DNA of 64,000 nt, from positions 1 through 64,000 of the forward strand of contig JBLIRO010000005.1 of the NCBI GenBank assembly GCA_049472335.1, in the 5' to 3' direction. Below, in pieces: positions 39,773 through 49,075 of the stretch; the stretch's first letter is position 1, and the number at the start of each line of letters is the position of its first letter. The notes beneath the pieces were generated by a model. It was not told the origin of the DNA. It saw only the letters and a program-made list of their open reading frames with translations, and ran no database searches. Made by a program: the position numbers and the translations under genes. This stretch comes from a bacterium. GTDB taxonomy: Bacteria; SZUA-182; DTGQ01; JAFGSM01.

Positions 39773-40656
39773 TAGAAGATCCACCTGTATCCCCAATAAA
39801 CTGTAACAAGAATATGCAGAAATGCCATAATAAAAAGAATATAACTACATACTTTGTGTATAAATTCCCATTTATTAAGAACAGACAAAAACAGATCCAA
39901 AACAGAAATATAACGTATTTCACGCAACCTCTTGATGAGTTCTTCTCCCCTTTTATGCAGTTCATCATATTCTTTGTACTGAACATCATCATATTTTTCG
40001 TTTATTAGATCAAGAAGAGGTTCGGTTTCCTTTTTTATAAACCTCCATTGTTTAAAGGTTTCAATAAGACCCGAAGTGCAGGGAAAGCCGGGTGGTCTTA
40101 AATCCATAATTCTCCTGACAATCGGGGAAAAAGCGCTGTCCTCTTTCAGATCCTTTTCAATAAAGAGATTCACTAGATGCAAAGGTTCGTATATTTTTGA
40201 TATCCCCCAAAAACAATAACCGAAAAACATCCTGCCGAATACTCCTGAGATTATTACCAAAACCATTAACCAAAAAGCGATTCCGATAAAACCCGTTAAT
40301 GCGTATGCAGAATGAAAGAAAATGAGGATAGGTCCTAATATTCCGAGAAATATATGTATCTCCAACCATAATGATAGAGGCCCCATAAATTGGAGGGATT
40401 CAAGCCTTTTTCTTAAAAAATAAAGTGAATATGAGAGAAACATCAATATTGTACCAATCACACCCAGTGTGTGGCTTACGCTTCCTGAAGGCTTGAACTT
40501 AAAATGGAGCAATGAATCAAGATGTCTTGTTTGTGGTGGGATTGAAATATATGGTTTATAAATTGAATATAGATAGACAGTAATAATGATAACTATCAAA
40601 CTCCATATTATACGAAATATTAAGAGGCTTTTTTTATAAAACTTGTTTTCGGGCAT
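39772..40656 (-). CDS. Ferric-reductase-like di-heme b membrane protein
   Basis: About 5-6 TM helices and two H-x13-H pairs (HIFLGILGPILIFFH, HKVCSYILFIMAFLH). Confidence 0.75.
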   Translation of the reverse strand: MPENKFYKKSLLIFRIIWSLIVIIITVYLYSIYKPYISIPPQTRHLDSLLHFKFKPSGSVSHTLGVIGTILMFLSYSLYFLRKRLESLQFMGPLSLWLEIHIFLGILGPILIFFHSAYALTGFIGIAFWLMVLVIISGVFGRMFFGYCFWGISKIYEPLHLVNLFIEKDLKEDSAFSPIVRRIMDLRPPGFPCTSGLIETFKQWRFIKKETEPLLDLINEKYDDVQYKEYDELHKRGEELIKRLREIRYISVLDLFLSVLNKWEFIHKVCSYILFIMAFLHILVTVYWGYRWIF

Positions 40657-41866
40657 TTTTTTCCTCTGCTTCTGCTTCTCCAAGTGAATATTTTAAAAGT
40701 TCTCTTAACTCCACATTGATAGATCCTTTATTTTTGGCAAGAAACTCTTCAACGGACATGGTTGTGAGTGCACCTGTCGGACAATTGTTAACACACGCCC
40801 TATTCTTAAAATCTGCGCATCCATCACATTTAATAGCTACTCTTGCCTTCTTCATCTTCATAATATTTTGATCTATGTATTCTAATGTGATGGCATTGGT
40901 AGGGCATATCTTTGCACACTCCCCACAACCTGTGCAATTATCGGATAGCTCTAAAAATGGGGTACTAATTTTTCTATGGATACCACGCTCAGAAAAACAG
41001 ATTGCATTTGCGCCAATAACCTCTTCACAAACTCTTACGCATAAACCACATAGAATACATTTATCAGGATCTTGATTTAAAGTGAAACGGGTTTTTTCAA
41101 GTCCCATCTCTTTGCCCATTTTTCTGATTAAATCAGACTCGGGACATCTAGCCATCAGTAGTTCCAAAATCATCCTGCGATATTTCAGCACCTTATCAGT
41201 TGCAGTCTTCACCAAAATACCCTCTTGTACTGGATAAACGCATGAAGGAGCAAGACGTGTACGATTTCCCCTTGTGATTTCAACAATACAAATCCGACAA
41301 ACACCCAATGCGCTTAGAGAAGAATGGAAACACAACCGGGGAATATTGATACCATATCTGTCGGCTACTTCTATAATCGTCTCTTCTTTTTTACCAACCA
41401 CTTCCTGATCATCAATTTTAAATTGAATAAGGTCTTCTTTTGGCCTGTATTCAAGTATAATACGTTCCTGTACATGAGGCTGTGCTTTTAAGTAATCCTT
41501 TACCGCAATCAGAAGACGGCTTGTATAATCCTCTGTTTTAATAATACAGTCTGTGGCGCCCTCTCTCACCAGATCTTCTGCAATATCCTTATTCCTGTGG
41601 CTGACCAGCATGATAACAGGCTGTTTAAATTTATATTTTTCCCTGATTTCTTTCAATGCCATGTGGCCGTCTATTTCGGGAAGATCAAAGCTTAGGATGA
41701 TCAGATCATATCCGGAGGACCTTTCTAAACGTTCAATACATTGATCCAGAGTATTAATATGTTCAATGATAAAAGACTCATCAAAAAAATGAAGTTCTTT
41801 TTTCATTAATTGAGCGTGGATAGGGTCATCTTCAACCATCAAAATAGTTATGATAGGTTTTTCCAT
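40634..41866 (-). CDS. Pseudo-receiver fused to a NuoG/HoxU/HydA-N-like Fe-S domain, with a C-terminal ferredoxin half-motif
   Basis: Receiver ILMVEDD..DLIILSFDLP..IIK. [2Fe-2S] IPRLC..CRIC..PSC. CILCGLCVRVC and CTGCGECAKICP. Extra KCDGC..ACVNNCPTGAL. ATG 41866 with GGGGTG RBS. Confidence 0.85.
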   Translation of the reverse strand: MEKPIITILMVEDDPIHAQLMKKELHFFDESFIIEHINTLDQCIERLERSSGYDLIILSFDLPEIDGHMALKEIREKYKFKQPVIMLVSHRNKDIAEDLVREGATDCIIKTEDYTSRLLIAVKDYLKAQPHVQERIILEYRPKEDLIQFKIDDQEVVGKKEETIIEVADRYGINIPRLCFHSSLSALGVCRICIVEITRGNRTRLAPSCVYPVQEGILVKTATDKVLKYRRMILELLMARCPESDLIRKMGKEMGLEKTRFTLNQDPDKCILCGLCVRVCEEVIGANAICFSERGIHRKISTPFLELSDNCTGCGECAKICPTNAITLEYIDQNIMKMKKARVAIKCDGCADFKNRACVNNCPTGALTTMSVEEFLAKNKGSINVELRELLKYSLGEAEAEEKNARKQVL

Positions 41867-41924
41867 TAATTCACCCCTTCTTAATCCAAACCGGACAAGC
41901 CAAAACCACAAGGTTTTTGAGCAG

Positions 41925-42776
41925 TTACTCAAATTTGCTTAATATTAAATTTATTTTATCAGGAGTTACTTTTCCGAAATATTCTCCGTCTATAACGATA
42001 ACCGGACCTAAAGCACATGCACCCAAACAATTTACGGTTTCTAATGTAAATTTCATGTCTTCTGTGGTCTCACCCGCGGATATTCCAAGAAATCTTTCAA
42101 GTTCTTCTAGAATTTTTCCGGCCCCTCGTACATGACAGGCAGTACCCATACAAACATTTATTATATGGCGACCTCTGGGAACCAGACTGAATGCGGTATA
42201 AAAGGTTACAACATTATAAATTCTATTTAAAGGAATATTTGTAATTTCAGAAATGCATATTAAGGCTTCCTTGGGCAGATAGTTAAATTGGGCTTGAACA
42301 TCCTGTAACATACCTATTAAGAAACTTGAATTTCTTTTATATTTATCAACTATTTCGACTACAACAGACGTGTCTACTGAATCCTCTTTTTTTTCTTCAA
42401 TGGGTTTCGTTGTTTTGAGCCCAAGAAATGAAAGCATCTTTTCCTTATAAGAAGCTTGTGTATCCTGACCTGAAAATACAAGTATCGCATTATAAGGACA
42501 GCTTCTCATACATAAACCGCAACCCACGCAATTAGCCGTTACTATGATATGTCCTTCCTCATCTCTTTCAACTCCGTTTCTATTACATGCCTCAATACAT
42601 CTTGGATCCCTGCAAATTCTGCAAAGATTCGGGATAAGGCTAATTCCGATTAAAGCGGAGCTTTCCCTTACATGTCTGGAAATATCCTTATGTCTCCGTT
42701 TACACGCATCAATGCAATTGCCGCAATTCAGGCAATGTTTAATATTACAGACAACGATCGATGATTTTGCTTCCAT
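41925..42776 (-). CDS. Ferredoxin (three 4-Cys motifs) fused to a NuoE/HydC-like [2Fe-2S] subunit
   Basis: CLNCGNCIDAC, CRICRDPRCIEAC, CVGCGLCMRSCP, then NuoE motifs VVTFYTAF, VCMGTACH, CLGAC. Confidence 0.88.
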   Translation of the reverse strand: MEAKSSIVVCNIKHCLNCGNCIDACKRRHKDISRHVRESSALIGISLIPNLCRICRDPRCIEACNRNGVERDEEGHIIVTANCVGCGLCMRSCPYNAILVFSGQDTQASYKEKMLSFLGLKTTKPIEEKKEDSVDTSVVVEIVDKYKRNSSFLIGMLQDVQAQFNYLPKEALICISEITNIPLNRIYNVVTFYTAFSLVPRGRHIINVCMGTACHVRGAGKILEELERFLGISAGETTEDMKFTLETVNCLGACALGPVIVIDGEYFGKVTPDKINLILSKFE

Positions 42777-42836
42777 AATATAAATTACTCCAAGCAGGGA
42801 TTATTTTATCTTAATCTGTTATGTAATAATTGAATA

Positions 42837-44696
42837 TTACAGCACCTTAATTGCTTCGAATTTACAGTTTTCCCGGCAGATTCCACATTTAACACACTTT
42901 TCCTGATCAATCTTGTGGGGTTTTTTCTTTTCTCCGGTAATCGCACCCTGTGGACAAAACTTAAGGCATCTCCCGCATCCAATACACTTTTGTTCATTTA
43001 TTGTAAAGGTGATGAGCTCTTTGCATATACCTGCAGGACATCGTTTTTCTTTTATATGAGCCTCGTATTCATTACGAAAATATCTTATGGTTGAAAGAAC
43101 AGGATTTGGAGCCGAGCCACCTAAGGCACATAACGAGGTTGCCTTAATAAATTCGCCTAATTCTTCTAAAAGTTCAACATCTTCTTCTTTGCCCCGTCCC
43201 TGTGTAATATTGGTGAGTATCTCCAGCATCTTGCTTAATCCTTCACGACAAGGTATACATTTGCCACAGGATTCCTCCGTCAGGAAATTGATGAAGTATT
43301 TGGCGACATCAACCATGCATGTATTTTCATCCATAACAATCATGCCACCTGAGCCCATCATTGATCCGACTTCGGCAAGTTTATCAAAGTCAACGGGAAG
43401 GTCGATTAATTCCTCCGGGATACAGCCACCTGATGGTCCCCCTGTCTGGACCGCTTTAAATTTTTTCCCTCCGGGTATTCCTCCGCCGATATCAAAGACT
43501 ATTTCTCTAAGGGGCATACCCATCCTTACTTCAACAAGTCCTGTATTATTGATCTTTCCTACAAGAGAAAAGATCTTGGTTCCTTTACTGCCTTCTGTTC
43601 CGATTTGAGAATACCAATCAGACCCACGATCGATTATTAACGGGATATTTGCCCAGGTTTCAACATTATTAATAGCAGTTGGCTTATTATAAAGCCCGCT
43701 GTCAACGGTGTGAATATATTTTGGACGAGGTTCACCAGGTTTTCCTTCCAGGGAAGCGATAAGTGCGGTTGATTCACCACATACAAAAGCGCCTCCGCCT
43801 TTCGAGATGACGATATCGAAATCAAAATCAAAACCCAGGATATTTTTGCCGAGCAGGCCATATTCTCTTGCCTGATTTAATGCTATCCCTAAATTTTCAA
43901 CAGCGAGAGGATATTCGTTTCGGACATAGACATAGCCGTGATTCGAGCCTATCGCATAGGCACCGATAACCATCCCTTCAATAATACTATGCGGATTCCC
44001 TTCCAGAAGGCTTCTATCCATATAAGCACCGGGATCACCTTCATCGGCATTACAAATAATATAGCGAATTCCATCAGGTGCAGAAGCCCTATGGCAGGAT
44101 TCCCATTTTTTACCTGTTAGAAATCCACCTCCTCCCCGTCCGCGCAATCCTGATTTTTTTATCTCCTCAATCACTTCCTCTGACTTCATTTCAGAGAGGG
44201 ACTTTGCTAAAGCTGAGTAACCTCCGATTCGCAGATAATCCTCAATACTTGTAGGATCAATTATACCGTTATTACCTAATATAATCCTTTCCTGTCCCTT
44301 ATAAAAAGGGACTTCCTCCTCAAATTGTGTCCGTTTTCCGGTGACAGGGTCCACATATAAAAGCTTCTCGATAATATTCCCCTTTATTATAGTTTCACCG
44401 ATAACACTGGGGACATCGTCCAATCCAACCTGTTGATACAATATATTCTTTGGGAAAATGACGATCAGGGGCCCACGTTCACAGAAGCCATGGCAGCCTG
44501 TCAATCTTAATTCCACCTTATCATCTACTCCATGTTTGTTTATTTCTTTTCTAAATTTATCAACGACATCCATACATTTATATGCTCTACAACCCGTGCC
44601 TGCGCAGATGGAGATGACGGTTTTTTCAGGATTATACTTTTTGATAATTTCATCCCGTAACTGCTTTAAATCAGCTACTGATGACAATCTCTTCAT
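42837..44696 (-). CDS. HydB/HndC/NuoF-type FMN/NADH-binding Fe-S flavoprotein (long form)
   Basis: N-terminal CAGTGC..GCHGFC, SGLRGRGGGGF, NADEGDPGAYMDR, GAFVCGE, GGPSGG, CGKCIPC, CALG, two C-terminal 4Fe-4S motifs. Confidence 0.93.
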   Translation of the reverse strand: MKRLSSVADLKQLRDEIIKKYNPEKTVISICAGTGCRAYKCMDVVDKFRKEINKHGVDDKVELRLTGCHGFCERGPLIVIFPKNILYQQVGLDDVPSVIGETIIKGNIIEKLLYVDPVTGKRTQFEEEVPFYKGQERIILGNNGIIDPTSIEDYLRIGGYSALAKSLSEMKSEEVIEEIKKSGLRGRGGGGFLTGKKWESCHRASAPDGIRYIICNADEGDPGAYMDRSLLEGNPHSIIEGMVIGAYAIGSNHGYVYVRNEYPLAVENLGIALNQAREYGLLGKNILGFDFDFDIVISKGGGAFVCGESTALIASLEGKPGEPRPKYIHTVDSGLYNKPTAINNVETWANIPLIIDRGSDWYSQIGTEGSKGTKIFSLVGKINNTGLVEVRMGMPLREIVFDIGGGIPGGKKFKAVQTGGPSGGCIPEELIDLPVDFDKLAEVGSMMGSGGMIVMDENTCMVDVAKYFINFLTEESCGKCIPCREGLSKMLEILTNITQGRGKEEDVELLEELGEFIKATSLCALGGSAPNPVLSTIRYFRNEYEAHIKEKRCPAGICKELITFTINEQKCIGCGRCLKFCPQGAITGEKKKPHKIDQEKCVKCGICRENCKFEAIKVL

Positions 44697-44786
44697 GTTT
44701 AAAGCTTCTCCTTCATTTTGACAGAAATAGATCCGGACTAAAGGTGATTCATGATTTATAGGTAAAAAAATAAGAAAATTGGTTTT

Positions 44787-44805
44787 TATTGGTTAGTAAC
44801 CAATA
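44787..44805. promoter_or_regulatory. Palindromic operator candidate upstream of the flavoprotein operon
   Basis: TATTGGTTA-G-TAACCAATA perfect 9-1-9 palindrome about 90 bp upstream of the ATG. Confidence 0.55.
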
Positions 44806-44972
44806 CTGAATTATGTAAAATCATTATAGATTTAAACATAATATAAATATTTAATTTTAAAGAGTTTATCTGTTTTCCCGCAATGGCTTTTTAAAATATC
44901 ACAGCTTTTTTTCGAAATCAAGGCCCTATTTTATAGCCCTCTTAAAACCGGGCATAATCATCTATTTTTCAA

Positions 44973-45674
44973 TCATTTATTCCTCTCGACTTTTTTCCGG
45001 TTTAGTTCTGCTTCTGAGGGCCTTATATAGACAGGAACGAGATCTTCCGGTCTGGAAACCATTTTTTGGGTTAATCTTTTGATTCCTGTTTCAGCCAAAA
45101 TAGATGCACGAGGGAAATTATTGGCCTCTGAAACAAAAAGGGCCTTACTTTTGAGCTTATTACGAATGATATCCCCATAAGGGAATAAGCCGTTTCCTAC
45201 AAATATTGTGGGTTTGGTTATCATTTTAATAAGAGAGTCAGGTTTGATAGCCATCTCTGGCTCAAGGTTTTTAATATCAGAATCATGCCATTTATAAATA
45301 CAGGTAAAGACCTCTTTTTTTCTTGCATCTATAATGGGACATATCGGGAACCTGACAAAAGGGATACCTCTGGCCAAGATTTCAAGCGTGGAGATTCCCG
45401 CAATCGGTTTATCAGCAGCAAAGGCTAATCCCTTGGCTGTTGCCAGACCTATTCTCAACCCCGTAAAAGATCCGGGGCCTATGGAGGCACATATAACTTC
45501 GCATTCTTCAAGACTTTTTTTTGTTTCCTTAAAGAGCCTGTCTATGGAAGGGATGAGCCGCTCCGAATGAGAAGATGCACTTTTAATATTTAACTCTCCA
45601 AGAACGCCTTCCCTGTCATCCACAAGAGCTATGCTGCCCATCCAGGTCGCTGTTTCTATACCCAAGGCCAGCAA
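44973..45674 (-). CDS. tsaB: tRNA t6A biosynthesis protein TsaB
   Basis: LGIETAT, HSERL, GPGSFTGLRIG, DARKKEV, PVYIR. Confidence 0.95.
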   Translation of the reverse strand: MLALGIETATWMGSIALVDDREGVLGELNIKSASSHSERLIPSIDRLFKETKKSLEECEVICASIGPGSFTGLRIGLATAKGLAFAADKPIAGISTLEILARGIPFVRFPICPIIDARKKEVFTCIYKWHDSDIKNLEPEMAIKPDSLIKMITKPTIFVGNGLFPYGDIIRNKLKSKALFVSEANNFPRASILAETGIKRLTQKMVSRPEDLVPVYIRPSEAELNRKKVERNK

Positions 45675-45677
45675 GAA

Positions 45678-46433
45678 TTAATCCTTTCTCCGATAATCTT
45701 CACCCACGATCTCCCGAACCTGGCACATCTCATATAAGCGGGACCGAAGGCGATATCCGATCCTCCCCGCCAATGTGTCCTCTTCATCATCCGCTTCATC
45801 CATCCAATTGGAAGTTATGATGGTTGTCCGTTTTTCGCTATACCTCTGATTTATGATATAGGTGAGCATATCGCGCATCCATTCTGTTACCTTTTGTGCT
45901 CCGAGCTCATCAAGCACCAGGATTTCCTTCTCAAGAACAGGTCTAAGGACTGAACTCTCGCTCAAAGAAGAATTTGTTGTGTAAGTAGATCTGATCTCTG
46001 CCAACAGGTCACGAAAATCATAAAAAACACAGGGAATGCCTTTTTTGGTTATCAACTCGACAATTATGGCAACTGCCAGATGAGTCTTGCCGACCCCAGG
46101 TTGACCCATAAAAAGGAATCCCTCTCCCTCTATAAATGGGTATTCACGAACAAATTTATCAGCCATTTCCTTTATCATGCCCAGACTGACCTGATTTGTT
46201 TTGTGGGCCTGAGGTGGGCTCTTCCCTCTCGGCATTATTTCAAAATTTTCTAATGTACAATGTTTGTATCTGTATGGTATCCTGGCAGATGCCAAAAGCT
46301 GTTTTTTCCGTTTTGCCTGAAAACAGTCACATCTTATAACGGTTTCTATCCCTTTTTCTTCCTTAATGATCCATCCGGAGTTGTCGCAGAACGGACATAA
46401 TCCGGTCTTTGCCTTTTGATCCTCAACTTGCAT
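45678..46433 (-). CDS. DnaC/DnaI/IstB-like AAA+ ATPase with N-terminal Zn site
   Basis: CPFC...RCDC, GQPGVGKTHL, LVLDELG, TIITSN, RIGYRLRSRLYEM. Confidence 0.85.
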   Translation of the reverse strand: MQVEDQKAKTGLCPFCDNSGWIIKEEKGIETVIRCDCFQAKRKKQLLASARIPYRYKHCTLENFEIMPRGKSPPQAHKTNQVSLGMIKEMADKFVREYPFIEGEGFLFMGQPGVGKTHLAVAIIVELITKKGIPCVFYDFRDLLAEIRSTYTTNSSLSESSVLRPVLEKEILVLDELGAQKVTEWMRDMLTYIINQRYSEKRTTIITSNWMDEADDEEDTLAGRIGYRLRSRLYEMCQVREIVGEDYRRKD

Positions 46434-47139
46434 AAAGGCTTATCCTCCTTACATTTAATCTTTCCCGCAAAAGGCCTTTAATGCCCAATTCAAGTGTCTG
46501 TTCAAAAGCATCCTTGTCCATCTGTTTTTTATAGGGAGACAATTCCTCTTCAATCTCCTTGCTCAAATCGCTTTTTTGTTCATTTGGAATGATACGAAGG
46601 AGGTTATTCAGATAGGCATCGTCAAGATCAGAGAGCCTCTTTTCTATTAATTCGATATCTAAATGTTCTTCGTGACAAAATTCCTTTTCAATATTTTCTA
46701 TCTCACTGGCCCAATTTATCCCGGCAAGGGCAACTGCCTTTAAATTCCCCCAAGGATCAGATTCTGATACCTCATTCATCAAATCGTCTTTAATATATTC
46801 AAGCCTGTTTTGTATAATGTTCGAAAAGGACTGCTGTTCAAAATCAGAATCTGTTTTCCCTTTTTTATGAGCCTTTGGATCTCCCAGAAGGTTTTTTCGA
46901 TAATCTTTCCAAAGCCTGAGGATCTCCGGTTCACAATAGGTTAACATATCGATCCTCTCTTCCCCTTCTTTATGAGTAGATCGAAATTTTCGACAGGTAT
47001 TTTTTATCCCTTTGCAAACAATATTTATGGGGATGCCCATTTGCTCCCATCGTTCCGCAATGAGCCAGTTTTGAGGAGAAAGTATTGTTCCTTGTCTTCT
47101 ATATTTGAAAAAATACTCTTCTATTTTTGCAAGATACAT
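46423..47139 (-). CDS. Hypothetical protein with DnaD-like N-terminal domain
   Basis: IEEYF..R....LSP.NW.....W...GIP...V..GI pattern. Overlaps the ATPase start. Confidence 0.55.
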   Translation of the reverse strand: MYLAKIEEYFFKYRRQGTILSPQNWLIAERWEQMGIPINIVCKGIKNTCRKFRSTHKEGEERIDMLTYCEPEILRLWKDYRKNLLGDPKAHKKGKTDSDFEQQSFSNIIQNRLEYIKDDLMNEVSESDPWGNLKAVALAGINWASEIENIEKEFCHEEHLDIELIEKRLSDLDDAYLNNLLRIIPNEQKSDLSKEIEEELSPYKKQMDKDAFEQTLELGIKGLLRERLNVRRISLYAS

Positions 47140-47148
47140 AGACTCTTT

Positions 47149-47928
47149 TCAACCTTTAATCCTTTTCTCATATATGATCCTCAGTCCCTCCAAGGTAAGA
47201 TATGGATCGATCTTGTCAATACATTTAGCTTCTTCCGTGATAACCGAAGCCCATCCTCCAGTGGCCACAACTTTTACTGATCCTCCAATTTCTTTTTTCA
47301 TCTTCTTCACTATTCCATTCACAAGGGAAGCATATCCGAAAAAAAGGCCCGCCCTGATAGCATCATCCGTGTTTTTTGCAATGATGCATCCAGGCTTTGC
47401 CCATGCTACATGTGTAAGACGTTCAGCATTTTCAATAAGTGCGTCTAAGGAAATTCCTATGCCTGGGACAATACAGCCGCCCATAAATTCCCCTTTGTCT
47501 GAGATAGCGCAAAAGGTTGTAGCAGTGCCAAAATCCACTATTATCAAGGGGCTGCCATATTTTTCATACCCGGCAACTGCATTTACAATCCTGTCAGCGC
47601 CTATCTCCCCTGGTTCCGGATAAGACACAGGGAAATATTCTTCAAGTCCAGGCTTGATTTCTAATGGATCGCAACTCAGATAGTTTCTGCACATCTCTTT
47701 TAACCGATCGGAAAGAGAAGGCACAACACATGAAATAATAGCTCCTTTCACAGACTTTGATTCAATGTGTAAGCTTTGTAATGCAGTCAATACCTTCCAT
47801 CCGATTTCATCCGAGGTTTGTTCTTTTCTGGTGAAAAAACGCCAGTCCTTTATCAGGCTGCAGCCATTGAACAATCCCATGAGTATCGTGGTATTTCCTA
47901 CATCCAGGGCTAAGAGCAGACCGGACAT
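47149..47928 (-). CDS. coaX: Type III pantothenate kinase
   Basis: LDVGNT, GADR, VDFGTATT, ATGG, LTLEGL. Confidence 0.95.
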   Translation of the reverse strand: MSGLLLALDVGNTTILMGLFNGCSLIKDWRFFTRKEQTSDEIGWKVLTALQSLHIESKSVKGAIISCVVPSLSDRLKEMCRNYLSCDPLEIKPGLEEYFPVSYPEPGEIGADRIVNAVAGYEKYGSPLIIVDFGTATTFCAISDKGEFMGGCIVPGIGISLDALIENAERLTHVAWAKPGCIIAKNTDDAIRAGLFFGYASLVNGIVKKMKKEIGGSVKVVATGGWASVITEEAKCIDKIDPYLTLEGLRIIYEKRIKG

Positions 47929-48560
47929 GAGGAACCCTCCTTAAGCAATTTTTCCCAGTAGTTGGAGATTCGAACTTTTTTCCCTGATAAAAAGATATTG
48001 TACCACTTGTTCATGTATTTAAGAAGCACATCCAGAGTTACAGATGGAGTAATTAAATGCCCGGCTTCATGCGAAAGGGTTGTAACCCGTATTTTTAAGC
48101 AAGAAGGGAAGGATTCGAGATCTCCCCAACAATTAATACCTATTCCTGTTATTAAATAGGCCGGTCTCTCATCCCTTCCTTTAGCCTCAATCAATATTCC
48201 GGCAACCTTTTTTCCGCTAATAAGAATATCATTAGGAGCTTTTATCTCAGGTTTCTGAGGAACGAGATTTGCTATGGTTTCACACACGGCAATTCCGGTC
48301 ATCCTCTCAAATAGGGATGCATCCTTTGTTCTGATATTTGGTTTAAGAATAATAGAACAATAAAGACCACCTTCCGGTGAATACCATGAATTCCCTCTTC
48401 TCCCCCGCCCTTTTGTCTGTCTATCCGCCGTGATTACTGTGCCTTCCCGGAATCCATCAAGAGCCAATGAATGCGCCTTTTCATTCGTTGAATCAATCTC
48501 TTTGAAGTTAATCCAGATAACGCCAATCGGCCCTTTTGTTAAAGTAATATCTGAAGTCAT
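47910..48560 (-). CDS. birA: Biotin-protein ligase, catalytic domain only
   Basis: DSTN, QTKGRGRRGNSWYSP, K.PND, KVAGILIE, GIGIN. No N-terminal HTH. Confidence 0.9.
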   Translation of the reverse strand: MTSDITLTKGPIGVIWINFKEIDSTNEKAHSLALDGFREGTVITADRQTKGRGRRGNSWYSPEGGLYCSIILKPNIRTKDASLFERMTGIAVCETIANLVPQKPEIKAPNDILISGKKVAGILIEAKGRDERPAYLITGIGINCWGDLESFPSCLKIRVTTLSHEAGHLITPSVTLDVLLKYMNKWYNIFLSGKKVRISNYWEKLLKEGSSCPVCS

Positions 48561-48648
48561 AATATTAAAGAACTAACCCGTTTTGCAAACATATGCCTAA
48601 AGCTTTGCATTCACAGTCAGGGTAACAAAGTTGAGTTGATCATCTTGA

Positions 48649-49074
48649 TTATCCATTAAATATTTCTAAGTTTCTTAACATACAAATGTCAATGAAATCT
48701 TTAGGATTGAAAGTAACTAATGCATCAATTTTAATTGTGGTATCTTTTAAAATCTCTCTTATAACTAAATCAACTAAACTATAAGAATTAACCCCCCTTT
48801 TTAGATCAAATACTAGGTTTAATGCTCTTTCACGATAAGATTCGTCAGACAATATTAGTACATTGGGAGATTTTATATAATTCTCAAATGAGGACAGCCA
48901 ATTATTTCGACGAACAAATCGAGTATTAAGAGTCTCATACAATATGGGCCATGGTATTATCAAGTTGTAAATTTTTAAATATTCTTCAAAAAGAATTGCA
49001 TCATTATGATAATTATCTCTTTCGTCATAAAGAGCATACCAAAATCCTGAATCAAATATGACATTTTTTGCCAT
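48649..49074 (-). CDS. PIN-domain (VapC-like) ribonuclease
   Basis: VIFDSGFWYAL, ILYETL, SLVD, VTFNPKDF carry the PIN acidic residues. AT-rich. Confidence 0.8.
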   Translation of the reverse strand: MAKNVIFDSGFWYALYDERDNYHNDAILFEEYLKIYNLIIPWPILYETLNTRFVRRNNWLSSFENYIKSPNVLILSDESYRERALNLVFDLKRGVNSYSLVDLVIREILKDTTIKIDALVTFNPKDFIDICMLRNLEIFNG

Positions 49075-49075
49075 T

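Noticed and set aside
42837..44696. Calling the operon respiratory complex I or an [FeFe]-hydrogenase
   Set aside because: No nuoA-D/H-N genes and no H-cluster motifs in the NuoG/HydA-like subunit.
45678..46433. IS21 istB interpretation
   Set aside because: No istA or terminal repeats, and the gene is embedded in a housekeeping operon.
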